Sequence record: SRR20825006_443
DNA length: 44,487 nt
Direction: 5' to 3' (one strand)
Shown here: positions 28,509 to 39,281 of the stretch, piece after piece
Layout: each line of letters begins with the position of its first letter
Position numbering within the stretch: the first letter of the stretch is position 1
Notes under the pieces: generated by a model
The model's input: only the letters and a program-made list of their open reading frames with translations
What the model was told of the DNA's origin: nothing
Databases searched by the model: none
Program-made: the position numbers and the translations under genes

Positions 28509-28931
28509 TTATCTGCCCGGAGCCCAATCCGGCGGAGCCAGTTCAAAATCCTCAAAGATAAAACCCGGCGCCACAGTGCAGCCCACCAATGTGAAATCGC
28601 CAAGGGTTTCTGCTGCCTGCCAGCATTTTGCCGGAACCACAGCCTGAGGCCGTTCTCCGGCGACAATATCTGGACCGAGAACCACTGTATCCACAGGCCC
28701 ACCATCAGAGAGATGCAGTTTCAGCGGTGCACCAGCATAATAATGCCAGACCTCAACGGCGGAATGCAGCCGATGCCAGTGAGATCGCTCACCGCGCTTC
28801 AGCAAAAAGTAAATCAGGCTGGAAACACCGCGCTCGGAACCATCGGAAAAATCGCGGTAGGTTTCGGCAAACCAGCCACCTTCGGGATGCCCCTGAAGAC
28901 CAAGCGTTTCAATGATACCTTCGGCGGTCAT
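28509..28931 (-). CDS. Cupin_5 (DUF985) protein
   Basis: [42 protein letters not shown]. Its ATGA overlaps the gloB stop. Confidence 0.88.
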   Translation of the reverse strand: MTAEGIIETLGLQGHPEGGWFAETYRDFSDGSERGVSSLIYFLLKRGERSHWHRLHSAVEVWHYYAGAPLKLHLSDGGPVDTVVLGPDIVAGERPQAVVPAKCWQAAETLGDFTLVGCTVAPGFIFEDFELAPPDWAPGR

Positions 28932-29701
28932 CGGAAATGATCCTTGCGGCGACGGATTTCGGAGAGCACTTCGGCATCGCTGGCGTTTTTCATTTCCAGA
29001 CCGGCACGGATTGCCGGGTCCGCAAACCGCAGAAACGGATTGGTCTTCTTCTCCAGCCCGATTGTCGTTGGAATGGTATAATTCCCGGCATCGCGCAGCG
29101 CGGCAACAGCTTCCGCCCTTTCCTTCAGCACCTGATTCTCGCCATCGAGCGAAAGTGCGAACTTCGCATTGGCCAGCGTATATTCGTGGCCAAAATAAAC
29201 TTCCGTTTCATCCGGCAGCACCATCAGCTTTTCAAGTGAGGTGAGCATGACGGCAGCCGGGCGCTCGAACAATCGCCCACATCCCATGGCAAAAAGCGTA
29301 TCAGCGGCAAACAGAAGATTGTCATCAACAAAGTGGTAGCAGATGTGCCCGGCGGTGTGCCCGGGCGTCTCGATAACCTCAACCCGGTGTCCGGCAAAAT
29401 CCAGCGGATCGCCCTCGCCGACGGCCACATCCAGACCGGGGATCACCACGGCTTCTTCTACAGGCCCGACAATCCGGCAGTTAAACCGTTCCTTTAGTGG
29501 CAGGTTGCCATCCACATGATCCTTGTGGTGGTGCGTCGTCAGAATATCGGTCAGCGACCAGCCGCGCTTTTCGGCTTCCGCCGCCACGGCATCGGCGTCA
29601 GGCGCATCGATTGTCGCGGTCCGTCCGGTTTCGGGATCGTGAACGAGCACACCGTAATTGTCAGAACGGCACATGAAGACGGCGATTTCCAAGTCGGTCA
29701 T
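28928..29701 (-). CDS. gloB: Hydroxyacylglutathione hydrolase (glyoxalase II)
   Basis: [46 protein letters not shown] 29701. Confidence 0.94.
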   Translation of the reverse strand: MTDLEIAVFMCRSDNYGVLVHDPETGRTATIDAPDADAVAAEAEKRGWSLTDILTTHHHKDHVDGNLPLKERFNCRIVGPVEEAVVIPGLDVAVGEGDPLDFAGHRVEVIETPGHTAGHICYHFVDDNLLFAADTLFAMGCGRLFERPAAVMLTSLEKLMVLPDETEVYFGHEYTLANAKFALSLDGENQVLKERAEAVAALRDAGNYTIPTTIGLEKKTNPFLRFADPAIRAGLEMKNASDAEVLSEIRRRKDHFR

Positions 29702-29787
29702 CAGATATTTCCTCTGAAACTGTCTGCTTTCCCCAATGTAGTGAATTGGCACTTGAAGTCCAACCGGGCTCGGGATTAACTCTTGCC

Positions 29788-30552
29788 ATGAACACCGATA
29801 TTGTCGACCTTCGCGCTTTCTATCATTCCCGGCTGGGGCGGCTTGCCGCCCAGTCGATTTCGATGGCGCTGACGTCAATCTGGGCCAGAATGCCGGATGA
29901 ACGCCTGCTGGGGCTTGGCTACAGCCTGCCCTATCTCGACCGCTTCGGCTCAGATGCAGAGCGTGTCATGGCATTCATGCCTGCCTCGCAAGGTGCCATC
30001 AACTGGCCCGCTTCCGGTCCATCTGCAACGGCACTGGTCTACAATGAAGACCTGCCCTTGCCGGATGCCTCCATAGACCGTGTTCTTCTGGTCCATGCTC
30101 TGGAGTTTACCGAAAGCCCGGCGGATACGATGCGCGAGATATGGCGGGTTCTGGCGCCTGGTGGTCGCATTGTCATCGTGGCACCCAATCGGCGCGGTGT
30201 CTGGGCACGGCTGGATCATACGCCTTTTGGCAATGGTCGCCCATATTCGAAAAGCCAGATCACTGAACTTCTTCGCCAGACCAACTTCACCCCCGGTGGA
30301 TTTGCAGAAGCCCTGTTTTTTCCGCCATCGAAAAACCGTGCCGTGCTGAAATTCCGCTCAAGCTTCGAGCGTTCGGGCAGAACATTCTGGCCCGCCTTTT
30401 CCGGAGCCATCATTGTCGAAGCGCAAAAACGGCTTTATCAGGGCCTGCCGGTAACTGCGCGTGCGTCCCGAAAAGTTCTGGTGCCTGCGCTTTCTCCGCA
30501 GGGGATTCCCACGACCCGCATCCAGGCCGTTACGCGGTCCCATTCACCTTAA
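29788..30552 (+). CDS. Class I SAM-dependent methyltransferase (YafS-like), divergent from gloB
   Basis: [44 protein letters not shown]. Confidence 0.85.
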   Translation: MNTDIVDLRAFYHSRLGRLAAQSISMALTSIWARMPDERLLGLGYSLPYLDRFGSDAERVMAFMPASQGAINWPASGPSATALVYNEDLPLPDASIDRVLLVHALEFTESPADTMREIWRVLAPGGRIVIVAPNRRGVWARLDHTPFGNGRPYSKSQITELLRQTNFTPGGFAEALFFPPSKNRAVLKFRSSFERSGRTFWPAFSGAIIVEAQKRLYQGLPVTARASRKVLVPALSPQGIPTTRIQAVTRSHSP

Positions 30553-30650
30553 GATACTGTCCTGCGCCCTCGACAACGACGGTAATCCTGATTATTCCTC
30601 TTCACGTTTCAATCGGGCTTTCAAGCCCCATAATACCTTTGAGGTTTTCG

Positions 30651-31778
30651 ATGCGTAACTCGACGATGAAACCCACCCCGCGTCCAGGTGTCATGGATAT
30701 TGCCGCTTATGTGCCCGGCAAGGATCATGTCGAAGGCGTGGCGAAGGTTTACAAGCTGTCGTCGAACGAAACACCGCTCGGCCCCAGCCCCAAGGCGCTT
30801 GCTGCGATGAAGCAGGCTGGCGAGCATCTTGAACTTTATCCGGACGGTCAGGCATCAAGCCTGCGGAAAGCCATCGCCGGACTATACGGTCTCAATACCG
30901 CCAATATCATATGCGGCAATGGTTCCGACGAACTTCTGGGCCTGATCTGCCACGTTTATCTCGGCGAAGGTGATGAGGCCATCATCACCGAGCACGGATT
31001 TCTGGTTTACAAGATCCAGATCATGGCCAATGGCGCATCGCCGGTAACGGTGAAAGAAAAGGATGCCCGCGTCGATGTCGATGCCATCCTTGCAGCGGTA
31101 ACGGAAAAGACAAAGATCGTTTTTGTCGCCAACCCAGGCAATCCGACCGGCACTTATATCCCGATGTCGGAGATCCGCAGACTTCAGGCCGCCCTTCCAG
31201 CCAATGTACTTTTGGTACTCGATGCCGCCTATGCCGAATATGTGCGCCGCAACGATTATGAAGCCGGGGTCGAACTGGTATCGCAAAGTGACAATGTTGT
31301 CATGACCCGTACCTTCTCCAAGATCTACGGTTTGGCTGCTCTTCGTGTCGGCTGGCTCTACGGTCCGCTGGAGATCGTACAGACGCTGGACCGCGTTCGC
31401 GGACCGTTCAACCTTAATGCACTGGCCATTGCGGCTGCCACAGAAGCGATCCAGGACACGGCCTTTACCGAGGAAGCCATAGCTTTCAACCACACCTGGA
31501 TAAACACGATGACGGAAGAGTTATCCGCGCTTGGCCTGACTGTCACACCGTCTGTCACCAACTTCATCCTGATCCACTTCCCGGATGAAGACGGCAGACG
31601 TGCGCACGATGCCGATCAATACCTGTCTTCGAAAGGCTATGTGCTGCGCACTGTCGGCGGGTACGGTTTCCCGAATGCGCTGCGCATGAGCATTGGCGTC
31701 GAAGAGGCCAATCTCGGTGTTATTGCTGCGCTCAAGGCATTTATGGGTAAAGAGGCAACCACGGGCGCGGCACAATGA
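30651..31778 (+). CDS. hisC: Histidinol-phosphate aminotransferase
   Basis: [50 protein letters not shown]. Start 30651 or 30666. Confidence 0.93.
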   Translation: MRNSTMKPTPRPGVMDIAAYVPGKDHVEGVAKVYKLSSNETPLGPSPKALAAMKQAGEHLELYPDGQASSLRKAIAGLYGLNTANIICGNGSDELLGLICHVYLGEGDEAIITEHGFLVYKIQIMANGASPVTVKEKDARVDVDAILAAVTEKTKIVFVANPGNPTGTYIPMSEIRRLQAALPANVLLVLDAAYAEYVRRNDYEAGVELVSQSDNVVMTRTFSKIYGLAALRVGWLYGPLEIVQTLDRVRGPFNLNALAIAAATEAIQDTAFTEEAIAFNHTWINTMTEELSALGLTVTPSVTNFILIHFPDEDGRRAHDADQYLSSKGYVLRTVGGYGFPNALRMSIGVEEANLGVIAALKAFMGKEATTGAAQ

Positions 31779-32704
31779 GTGATGTTCATTTTCAAAGGGT
31801 CACATTGATCGGCATCGGGCTTATCGGCTCGTCTATTGCCCGCGACATTCGTGCAAAAGGCCTTGCCGATGAAATCGTTATATCCACCCGTTCGGCAGAA
31901 ACCCTGCGTCGTGCGGAGGAATTGCATCTGGGTGACCGCTACACAACGGACGCTCGCGATGCAGCGCGAGGCGCCGACCTGGTAATCGTGTCAGTACCCG
32001 TTGGCGCATCAGGTGCGATAGCCGAAACGATTGCCCCTTCGCTGAAGGCCGGGGCGATCCTCACCGATGTCGGCTCGACCAAAAAATCGGTTATCGAGCA
32101 GATATCGCCGCATGTACCGGACGGTGTTCACTTCATCGCCGGGCACCCGATTGCAGGAACAGAAAGTTCCGGGCCGGATGCCGGTTTCGAAGGCTTGTTC
32201 AAGGATCGCTGGTGCATCCTGACGCCGGAAGACAGCACGGACCCGGATGCACTCGACACACTGACATGCTTCTGGCAGGCACTCGGTTCCATGGTCGATC
32301 AGATGGACCCGGCACATCATGACAAGGTTCTGGCGATTGTTTCGCATCTGCCGCATATCATCGCCTACAACATCGTTGGCACAGCCGATGACCTTGAAAA
32401 CGTGACAGAAGGCGAAGTGATCAAATATTCAGCTTCCGGTTTTCGTGACTTCACACGGCTGGCGGCATCGGATCCAACGATGTGGCGTGATGTGTGCCTG
32501 CATAACAAGGATGCCATTCTCGAAATGCTGGCGCGTTTTTCCGAAGATCTTGCCTACCTTCAGCGCGCCATACGCTGGGGCGAAGGTGACAAGCTTTTCG
32601 ATCTGTTTTCACGCACCCGCGCCATTCGCCGCTCGATCATTGAAGCTGGTCAGGACGTCGATGCACCTGACTTCGGCCGTCACAGCCTTGACCGGAAAGA
32701 ATAG
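31775..32704 (+). CDS. tyrC: Prephenate/arogenate (cyclohexadienyl) dehydrogenase
   Basis: [52 protein letters not shown] overlap with hisC. Confidence 0.92.
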   Translation: MSDVHFQRVTLIGIGLIGSSIARDIRAKGLADEIVISTRSAETLRRAEELHLGDRYTTDARDAARGADLVIVSVPVGASGAIAETIAPSLKAGAILTDVGSTKKSVIEQISPHVPDGVHFIAGHPIAGTESSGPDAGFEGLFKDRWCILTPEDSTDPDALDTLTCFWQALGSMVDQMDPAHHDKVLAIVSHLPHIIAYNIVGTADDLENVTEGEVIKYSASGFRDFTRLAASDPTMWRDVCLHNKDAILEMLARFSEDLAYLQRAIRWGEGDKLFDLFSRTRAIRRSIIEAGQDVDAPDFGRHSLDRKE

Positions 32705-32713
32705 GTCTCCCGC

Positions 32714-33709
32714 TCAGATCGGCGGCAATCTACCGAGCGGGACGAAGCCCATCGAAGCTCTGCCGCCATCAACTTTTACCGTCACCGACAGGCTTTTCTG
32801 GCCTGAAGCAAGAGCGTTTACCAGCCCGGCAACAGTATTGGCAGCATCAGCCGCATCGGGAACTGCTACGCCGATTGCCTTGGCAAGAATATCAATACCG
32901 GCCAGTTCGACTTTGAATTGACCGCTAAGATAGCCTTGTGGATCAAAAGTGTAAGGGCCGGAGAGCGCGATATGCGAATCGTTGGTGCCAACGACCAGTG
33001 TAGCCTGGTCCAATACGCCACTTTTACCACGCAGGGCTTCCAGCCGGACAGGCTCTCCCAGCATCGGGGCACCGTTATCAACCGTTGCAACCAGATTAAT
33101 TGATACAGGATCAAGCGCATCCGCTTTATTTTGAGGACGCAGGACTGCATTGCTGATGGAAAAGGCAACGTCGAGATCGCCCTCCTGATCATGCAACAGG
33201 CCGTTCCCGGCCTCAATCGTCAGGGTGCCTTCCCGGTCGTCGGTATTGGAAAAGCGCGTGACCATTTCTTCAAAGCTGAACGCCAGAAAGCGCGGTGCAT
33301 CATCACCATAAATCATCTTTCCGCCAAGCGCACTCCACTCAGAGCGCACCATGGCACCATTGCCACCATCGATCGTCAACGGACCTTCCAGCGTCGTTTC
33401 AACCGCCCATGGTGAATAAACCGGGGCAAGTGCCTGCAGACCCGGCATATCAAGCGTCGTATTGGCAGTTCTGTCTCGCACATGCAGATTGCTGCAGGAG
33501 AAACCGAAATTCACAGGAAAGCCGTGATACCCAAGATCGGAGCAATGAACGATCACATCCTGCCCATTCGTGCCTTCCAGAAGCGCAAAAATCCGGGCCT
33601 TGACGCTACGCGCAACGAAAAACCACCCTGCAGCGTAGACAACCGCCAGAATGACGATAATGACAATCGTCCATTTCAGAAGTTTCCCCGTCCGGCTTGA
33701 CCTCGCCAT
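32714..33709 (-). CDS. DUF2125 family membrane-anchored protein
   Basis: N-terminal TM ending Y.AGWF, C....GFP..F..C, A..Y.P and C-terminal G..PLG.LPP. Confidence 0.72.
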   Translation of the reverse strand: MARSSRTGKLLKWTIVIIVILAVVYAAGWFFVARSVKARIFALLEGTNGQDVIVHCSDLGYHGFPVNFGFSCSNLHVRDRTANTTLDMPGLQALAPVYSPWAVETTLEGPLTIDGGNGAMVRSEWSALGGKMIYGDDAPRFLAFSFEEMVTRFSNTDDREGTLTIEAGNGLLHDQEGDLDVAFSISNAVLRPQNKADALDPVSINLVATVDNGAPMLGEPVRLEALRGKSGVLDQATLVVGTNDSHIALSGPYTFDPQGYLSGQFKVELAGIDILAKAIGVAVPDAADAANTVAGLVNALASGQKSLSVTVKVDGGRASMGFVPLGRLPPI

Positions 33710-33761
33710 CGCGCTTCTCCACTTTCTCTGGGTTCGACAAAATAGCGTCAGGCAACAGCAT

Positions 33762-34307
33762 ATGGACGAATTCTGGGTATTTGGCTACGCCTCATTGATG
33801 TGGAATCCAGGTTTTGAAAGCCTCAGACACATGCGCGGGCGACTTTCAGGCTATCACCGCAGCCTTTGCATCTCGTCGCACATTTATCGCGGCACACGCG
33901 AAACACCGGGTCTTGTGATGGGGCTGGATCGCGGTAGCGCCTGTGAGGGCGTCGCCTTTGCCGTCAGCGCGGAAAAAGAACGCGAGGTCATGCAGTATCT
34001 GCGCGCCCGTGAACTCGTCACCAATGCTTATCGCGAACTGATCCTGCCGGTTACACTGGCAGATGAGCGCACAGTACCCGCCATCTGCTACGTGGTTGAT
34101 CCGGCCCACGAACAGTATACGGGCAAACTAAGCCTTGACCGGCAGGCGGAGATGGTGCGCCATGCACGCGGTCAGGCGGGTGCCAACATTGATTATGTTC
34201 TGAGCACGGTTGAGCATTTGCGGAAAATGTCGATCAGGGACGGAGACCTGGAACTGGTGGCGGGTTTCCTGGAACGCGAAACTGCACGTGGCGAGGCAGA
34301 CCGGTAA
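33762..34307 (+). CDS. ChaC-like glutathione-specific gamma-glutamylcyclotransferase
   Basis: WVFGYASLMWNPGF, YRGT.E.PGLV.GL, LRARE, G..G.N.DY. ATG 33762. Confidence 0.88.
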   Translation: MDEFWVFGYASLMWNPGFESLRHMRGRLSGYHRSLCISSHIYRGTRETPGLVMGLDRGSACEGVAFAVSAEKEREVMQYLRARELVTNAYRELILPVTLADERTVPAICYVVDPAHEQYTGKLSLDRQAEMVRHARGQAGANIDYVLSTVEHLRKMSIRDGDLELVAGFLERETARGEADR

Positions 34308-35108
34308 TCAAGCCGGGTTCTTGTCTGCTTTTTTTAACACGCCAATACGCTGCCGGGTTACATCCGGAAGCGGCAAATGTGGATTGGCCGACACCGTTTC
34401 CAGCAGCAGCCGGTCACTTTCCCGCTCCATGGTTTCGACGAGGTGCGGAAAAAAGGCTTTGGGGTCCATGCCCGGTGCAATCGGCGCCAGCACCCGCACT
34501 TTGAAATGCCCGCCATAACGCCAGAACTGACCACGCGGCCAGAACAGGCCGGGATGCATGACCACCGGAACGACAGGAACGTCAAGGCTCCCGTAAAGCT
34601 TCTGGATGCCACGCTTGTATTCCGGCTCCGCCCCCGGCGGGCGCCGCGTCCCCTCGGGAAAAATGATGAGCTGACGGCCGGTTTCAAGCTCCGCCTTCGT
34701 ACGAATGATCACATCAGCCATGTTCTTTCCGGTCGCGGAGCGATCGACAGCGATCTGACGCTGTTTTTTAAGATACCAGCCAAAGAGCGGCATCTCGATC
34801 AGTTCACGCTTCAGCATGAAAACCGAATCCGGGATCCACGGCAGAAGCAGGATTGTGTCCCACGCCGATTGATGTTTCGGCACAATGATGCATGGCCCGT
34901 CCGGCAGATGTTCAAGTCCTTCGATTTCGAACGTCGCTCCGGCCCACCACCGCATCTGCCGGTTAACAAAACGTCCCCACCCCTGCACCACCACACGATA
35001 ACCACGCTCACGCGACACGCTGAAGTAAAACGGCGACAGAAAAATCATCCGAAGCGCTGTGCCGACATAAAATACGCAATTGAATATAAGAGACCGCAGA
35101 ACCGTCAT
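34308..35108 (-). CDS. plsC: 1-acyl-sn-glycerol-3-phosphate acyltransferase
   Basis: KHQSAWDT (HX4D), KREL..PLFGW, IFPEGTR. Confidence 0.88.
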   Translation of the reverse strand: MTVLRSLIFNCVFYVGTALRMIFLSPFYFSVSRERGYRVVVQGWGRFVNRQMRWWAGATFEIEGLEHLPDGPCIIVPKHQSAWDTILLLPWIPDSVFMLKRELIEMPLFGWYLKKQRQIAVDRSATGKNMADVIIRTKAELETGRQLIIFPEGTRRPPGAEPEYKRGIQKLYGSLDVPVVPVVMHPGLFWPRGQFWRYGGHFKVRVLAPIAPGMDPKAFFPHLVETMERESDRLLLETVSANPHLPLPDVTRQRIGVLKKADKNPA

Positions 35109-35908
35109 ACGGCCCCCCTCTGCTCAGGAAGATTGGCAGCTTCACTTTGCAGACCTGTTCCGGATAGTTTTTCCAGCCCGGTATAGGCACGAACATGTGC
35201 CCCGATAAACTTCAGATACTCGGCACCAACGATCTTCAGGGTTTTAAACTTCTCTGCAAGACCGGCATTGTCGCTCAGGCTGGCGACCGGGTATCCAATA
35301 AACGTGGTATCGGGGTCGATTGAACGAAGTTCGAACAAACTGCGTGGAAGATGATAGCCGCTGGTTACGACGATGACACGCTCATAATCATGATCGGCAA
35401 GCCATTGCCGTGTCTCGGCGGCATTGCCCTGTGTAGTCAACGCCTCGTAACCAATGTCGACGCAACAATCAAAAAGGGCGCTGTCGCCGCCGGTCAGCTT
35501 TCGAATGCTCTCACCGCTGGTGGAAGGGTTTACGCCCGAAATCAACAGCCGCTCCCCCGCGCCTTCTTCCAGCAAACGAAGCGCTGCATCAATACGCCTC
35601 GGACCACCTGTCAGCACCACAATAGCATCGCCACGCAGGTTCTCAGGCGCTTTCGCAAGCAGGAGGTTACCACAAAACCACACAAAACCGCCCGCAAACG
35701 CAACCGCAAAAACCGCGACCGCAGCCAGCACGACAGAAAACGACGAAAACCGCTTTGCGGTTTTTTCCCGGTCGCCTGCTGCGCTGGCAGCGTTCTCACG
35801 CGATTGACGGTCTTGTTCAGGCATAAGCGGCACGCTCACTTCACTCACGGCCTGCGGGCCTGTTGCGGGTTTGCCGATCCGGGGCAGTGCGAAGGCCCGT
35901 CGAATCAA
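35105..35908 (-). CDS. YdcF/ElyC (DUF218) family protein
   Basis: TM followed by DAIVVLTGG..RI, LLISGV, T.GNA.E, VVTS.YHLPRS and EYLK. Start uncertain (TTG 35908 or ATG 35824). Confidence 0.85.
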   Translation of the reverse strand: MIRRAFALPRIGKPATGPQAVSEVSVPLMPEQDRQSRENAASAAGDREKTAKRFSSFSVVLAAVAVFAVAFAGGFVWFCGNLLLAKAPENLRGDAIVVLTGGPRRIDAALRLLEEGAGERLLISGVNPSTSGESIRKLTGGDSALFDCCVDIGYEALTTQGNAAETRQWLADHDYERVIVVTSGYHLPRSLFELRSIDPDTTFIGYPVASLSDNAGLAEKFKTLKIVGAEYLKFIGAHVRAYTGLEKLSGTGLQSEAANLPEQRGAV

Positions 35909-36016
35909 AAGTGTTTGGCTTTCTATACATCAAGAAATTTGTGGCTGAAATTCAGTCTCCCGATAAAGCGCCGAAAACAAACCACAAACCGGGGGGCAGG
36001 CCTCTGAAAAGAGGTA

Positions 36017-37144
36017 TCAGATCTGGTTGGGTTGCTCGGGATCAGAGCGGATATGATCAATCTCATTGATGGTGCGAATGACGGTCAGGCGCGCGGTCAG
36101 TGTCGTCAAAGCGGCGACAATCAGGACTGTCAGCAAAATACCGGCAAAGGCCCCCCACCCGACAGCAATCGAACCAAACAGAGCGGTCGCCTGATCTGCA
36201 CCGGGTGTCGCCAGAAAACGGCTCTGCCATATCCTGGCCGCGGCAAAGAACAGACAAGCCAGAAAACCGCCAAGAAATGCTCCTTTCAGTGCCACATTGA
36301 AGAAATGGCGTTGAAATTGAGCCGCTACAAATGAGCGCTCGGCGCCGACAAAATGCAGCACTTCGACGATTGACCGGCTGCCCGCCAGCGCGCCGCGCGT
36401 GGCAAAAATAACAGTCAGTATCATCGCGAAGAACACCAGCATCATAATCGACAGGCCAATAGAAGTCATGGCATCGGCCATCGAAGAAAGCCGGTTCACC
36501 CAGGCACGGTGGTCATCCAGATAGGCGCCGGGCACCTGCTCCTGCAAAGCACTGGCCATAGCTGAAAAATCGGGGGGATTGCGCTCATCAATGGTAATGA
36601 TCACCAGCCTTGGCACCGGCAGTTCGTCAAAATCAAGCCCGGTGCCCAGCCATGGCTCCAGCAGCCGCTCAGTTGCCGCCTCGTCGACAATGCGACCATC
36701 CATCGTACCGACAAACTGAAGTGCCACATCACGGGCGCGCAGCAACGCCGCATTCATGTCCCGCCCTTCCTGAGGTTTGATCTGGATGGTCACCTCACGG
36801 GATATCCCGCCCTGCCAGCTTGCCGCTGTCGCACGGATCATCGACACGCCGCCAAGTGTCAGGCAGGCCAGAAACGCCATGATCGCGATAACCGCCATCA
36901 GTGCGCGCGACTGCACATTGCCGGGCGGAACAATCGGTGTCGGTTTACGCCGAGCGGAAAATGAAAGCCTTGGCGGGCGTGATGGCTTCCCCCCCTTCGC
37001 CGGGTCGGGACCCGGATGGCCGGGTTTCAAAGCCCCGGCACGTCGTGGCGGCTTGCCACGCACAGGCGGCTGCCCGGAAACGCCCGATGCCGAAGCCGGG
37101 TCACCACGCCTGGGATCTCGGATCGAACGCGGCGGCCTATTCAT
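36017..37144 (-). CDS. ftsX: Cell-division permease FtsX
   Basis: 4-TM layout, TIQI, LLEPWLG, LPVPRL, DDH..W, IVEVLH.VGA..F. ATG overlaps the ftsE end (ATGAATAG). Confidence 0.85.
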   Translation of the reverse strand: MNRPPRSIRDPRRGDPASASGVSGQPPVRGKPPRRAGALKPGHPGPDPAKGGKPSRPPRLSFSARRKPTPIVPPGNVQSRALMAVIAIMAFLACLTLGGVSMIRATAASWQGGISREVTIQIKPQEGRDMNAALLRARDVALQFVGTMDGRIVDEAATERLLEPWLGTGLDFDELPVPRLVIITIDERNPPDFSAMASALQEQVPGAYLDDHRAWVNRLSSMADAMTSIGLSIMMLVFFAMILTVIFATRGALAGSRSIVEVLHFVGAERSFVAAQFQRHFFNVALKGAFLGGFLACLFFAAARIWQSRFLATPGADQATALFGSIAVGWGAFAGILLTVLIVAALTTLTARLTVIRTINEIDHIRSDPEQPNQI

Positions 37145-37802
37145 AGATCTCAAGCCTTCCATCCGAGAGAATCATCCGGCGGGCATTATACCGATCCATC
37201 AATGCGATATCATGCGTGGCAATCACGACAGCCGTGCCAAGCCGGTTCAGTTCCACAAACAGGCTTAAAAGCCGCCGGGCCATCGGCGGATCAACATTGC
37301 CGGTGGGCTCATCGGCCAGCAGTACCTCCGGCTGGTCGATCAGCGCACGGGCAATCGCGGCACGCTGTTTCTCGCCACCTGAAAGCACTGCCGGATGCAC
37401 ATGCAGACGCTCACCAAGGCCGACCCACTTCAAAAGTTCGATAACATCATTGCGGTAGGTCACTTCCTCCTTGCCGCGCACCCGCAGAGGCAGCGCCACA
37501 TTCTCATAGGTCGTCATATGATCAAGCAAACGGAAATCCTGGAAGACGATGCCGACGCGACGGCGCAGCATCGGCATCTCGCGATGCGGAATAACAGCCA
37601 CATCACGATCAAACAGGCGAATAAGACCGCGTGTCGGCTTTAGTGCCATCAGCATCAGCCTGAGCAAAGTCGTCTTACCTGCCCCCGAAGGGCCGGTCAG
37701 AAACTGAAATGAGTGCTTCGGCACATCGAATGTAAGATCCCTAAGCACCTCCGGCCCCATTCCGTAACGCAGGCCGACATTTTCGAACTGAATGAGAGCC
37801 AT
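37137..37802 (-). CDS. ftsE: Cell-division ATP-binding protein FtsE
   Basis: IQFENVGLRYG, GPSGAGKTT, VFQDFRLL, LSGGEKQRAAIARA, ADEPTGNVD, ATHD. Confidence 0.93.
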   Translation of the reverse strand: MALIQFENVGLRYGMGPEVLRDLTFDVPKHSFQFLTGPSGAGKTTLLRLMLMALKPTRGLIRLFDRDVAVIPHREMPMLRRRVGIVFQDFRLLDHMTTYENVALPLRVRGKEEVTYRNDVIELLKWVGLGERLHVHPAVLSGGEKQRAAIARALIDQPEVLLADEPTGNVDPPMARRLLSLFVELNRLGTAVVIATHDIALMDRYNARRMILSDGRLEIYE

Positions 37803-38109
37803 ACTCAACCCAAGATTACAAAATGACGAAATTTCAAAAACATCAATACCAGCTAAGGTGCGCACCGCAAACCCGATGACGAATACCAGACAGGCCGTTT
37901 TGAGACCAATTTACGACAATATCCACGATGTTTTATCCGCGAGTGGCTACCAATAAACGCCTTTGCATTGCCGTTTCCACCACAACGCTCTAAAAGCCGA
38001 GGCATATTTTGACCAGAGCCATCGGCATTCACGGTTTCGTGCGGTGGTTCACGCCCCGTTTTTGCGCATCGTTTTCCATGATCAATGCGCCAGCCCAAGG
38101 AGTCTGCCG

Positions 38110-38652
38110 ATGCCAGTTGTGCGCGGTAAGAACATCGAGGAACTGTTTAGCTCCGAGGAAATCGCCCTCCGCAACGAAGAGCTGGCGCGCCAGATCGCTG
38201 ACGGCCCTTCGAAAGATCTGCTGGTGATCGCCATCCTCAAAGGATCCTTTGTGTTTGCAGCCGATCTCATCCGCGCCCTGCACAAGACGGGCCTGGCACC
38301 CGAAGTCGAGTTCATGACGCTTTCAAGCTATGGAACCGGTACGGTCAGCCGCGGTGTCAGACTGGTCAAGGATATCGACAGCAACGTTCACGGCCGCGAC
38401 GTTTTGCTGATCGATGACATTCTCGAATCCGGTCGCACACTCGAATACGCCAAAAAACTGATGTTTGAGCGCGGCGCTGCCAATGTTTCGGTTGCCGTTC
38501 TACTGGATAAACACGACAAACGCGAAGCCACGATGGAAGCAGACTATGCCGGTTTCCGCTGCCCGGACAAATTCGTGGTCGGCTATGGCATGGATGTCGC
38601 CTATGCCTTCCGCGAACTGCCATTTGTAGGCGTCATTACCGGTGATGCTTAA
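38110..38652 (+). CDS. hpt: Hypoxanthine phosphoribosyltransferase
   Basis: ILKGSFVF.ADL, SSYG, VLLIDDILESGRTL, LLDK, FVVGYGMD. Confidence 0.95.
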   Translation: MPVVRGKNIEELFSSEEIALRNEELARQIADGPSKDLLVIAILKGSFVFAADLIRALHKTGLAPEVEFMTLSSYGTGTVSRGVRLVKDIDSNVHGRDVLLIDDILESGRTLEYAKKLMFERGAANVSVAVLLDKHDKREATMEADYAGFRCPDKFVVGYGMDVAYAFRELPFVGVITGDA

Positions 38653-38812
38653 TCAAAGCTGAACACGTTCAAAACAGCTTGTTAACTACAGAATCGAGCA
38701 AATTCGCATGTTTACCTCTCGCTAGGGAAATTCTGGTGAAGTCCGTTTCAACAAAGCCTGGGACAACAGGCAGGAATAACGGGTTTTGAGCAGACAGAGA
38801 GCTTGTAAAGAC

Positions 38813-39172
38813 ATGGCTAGGATTTTGATCACTGAAGATGAAGCTTCGCTGCGTGCCTTCGTTGCGCGCGCGCTTCGTCTGGACGGTCACGAAACCGTTG
38901 AAGCATCAGACGGAGCAGAGGGACTGGAGCGGCTCTCAGAAGGAGATTACGACCTTCTGCTTTCAGACGTTCGTATGCCGATCATGGACGGAATCGCTCT
39001 GGCGCACGCCGCCTCGTGTGATCATCCGGGTATGAAAATCCTTCTGATGACCGGCTTTGCCGAGCAGCGCGAACGCGCCGATGACCTGATGGAAAAGATT
39101 ATCGATGTCGTGCCCAAGCCGTTTGCGCTTCCCGATATCCGCAAAGCTGTAGCCCGCGCACTGGCCGCCTGA
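38813..39172 (+). CDS. Single-domain response regulator, CpdR-like (probable CpdR2 paralogue)
   Basis: ILITEDE, LLSDVRMP (phospho-Asp), MTGFA, KPF. 119 aa, between hpt and TIGR02302. Confidence 0.8.
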   Translation: MARILITEDEASLRAFVARALRLDGHETVEASDGAEGLERLSEGDYDLLLSDVRMPIMDGIALAHAASCDHPGMKILLMTGFAEQRERADDLMEKIIDVVPKPFALPDIRKAVARALAA

Positions 39173-39202
39173 AGGCTTCTATCCGAAAGAACCATGAAAA
39201 TC

Positions 39203-39234
39203 GCCGCAGCCCGGAACCGGACTGCGGCTTTTTT
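39203..39234 (+). terminator. Intrinsic terminator after the response regulator
   Basis: GCCGCAG.CCGG-aa-CCGG.CTGCGGC followed by TTTTTT. Confidence 0.75.
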
Positions 39235-39281
39235 GATCAATACGGTCTGTCGGCACCGGTCAACGTGATAGCCACTGCCGG

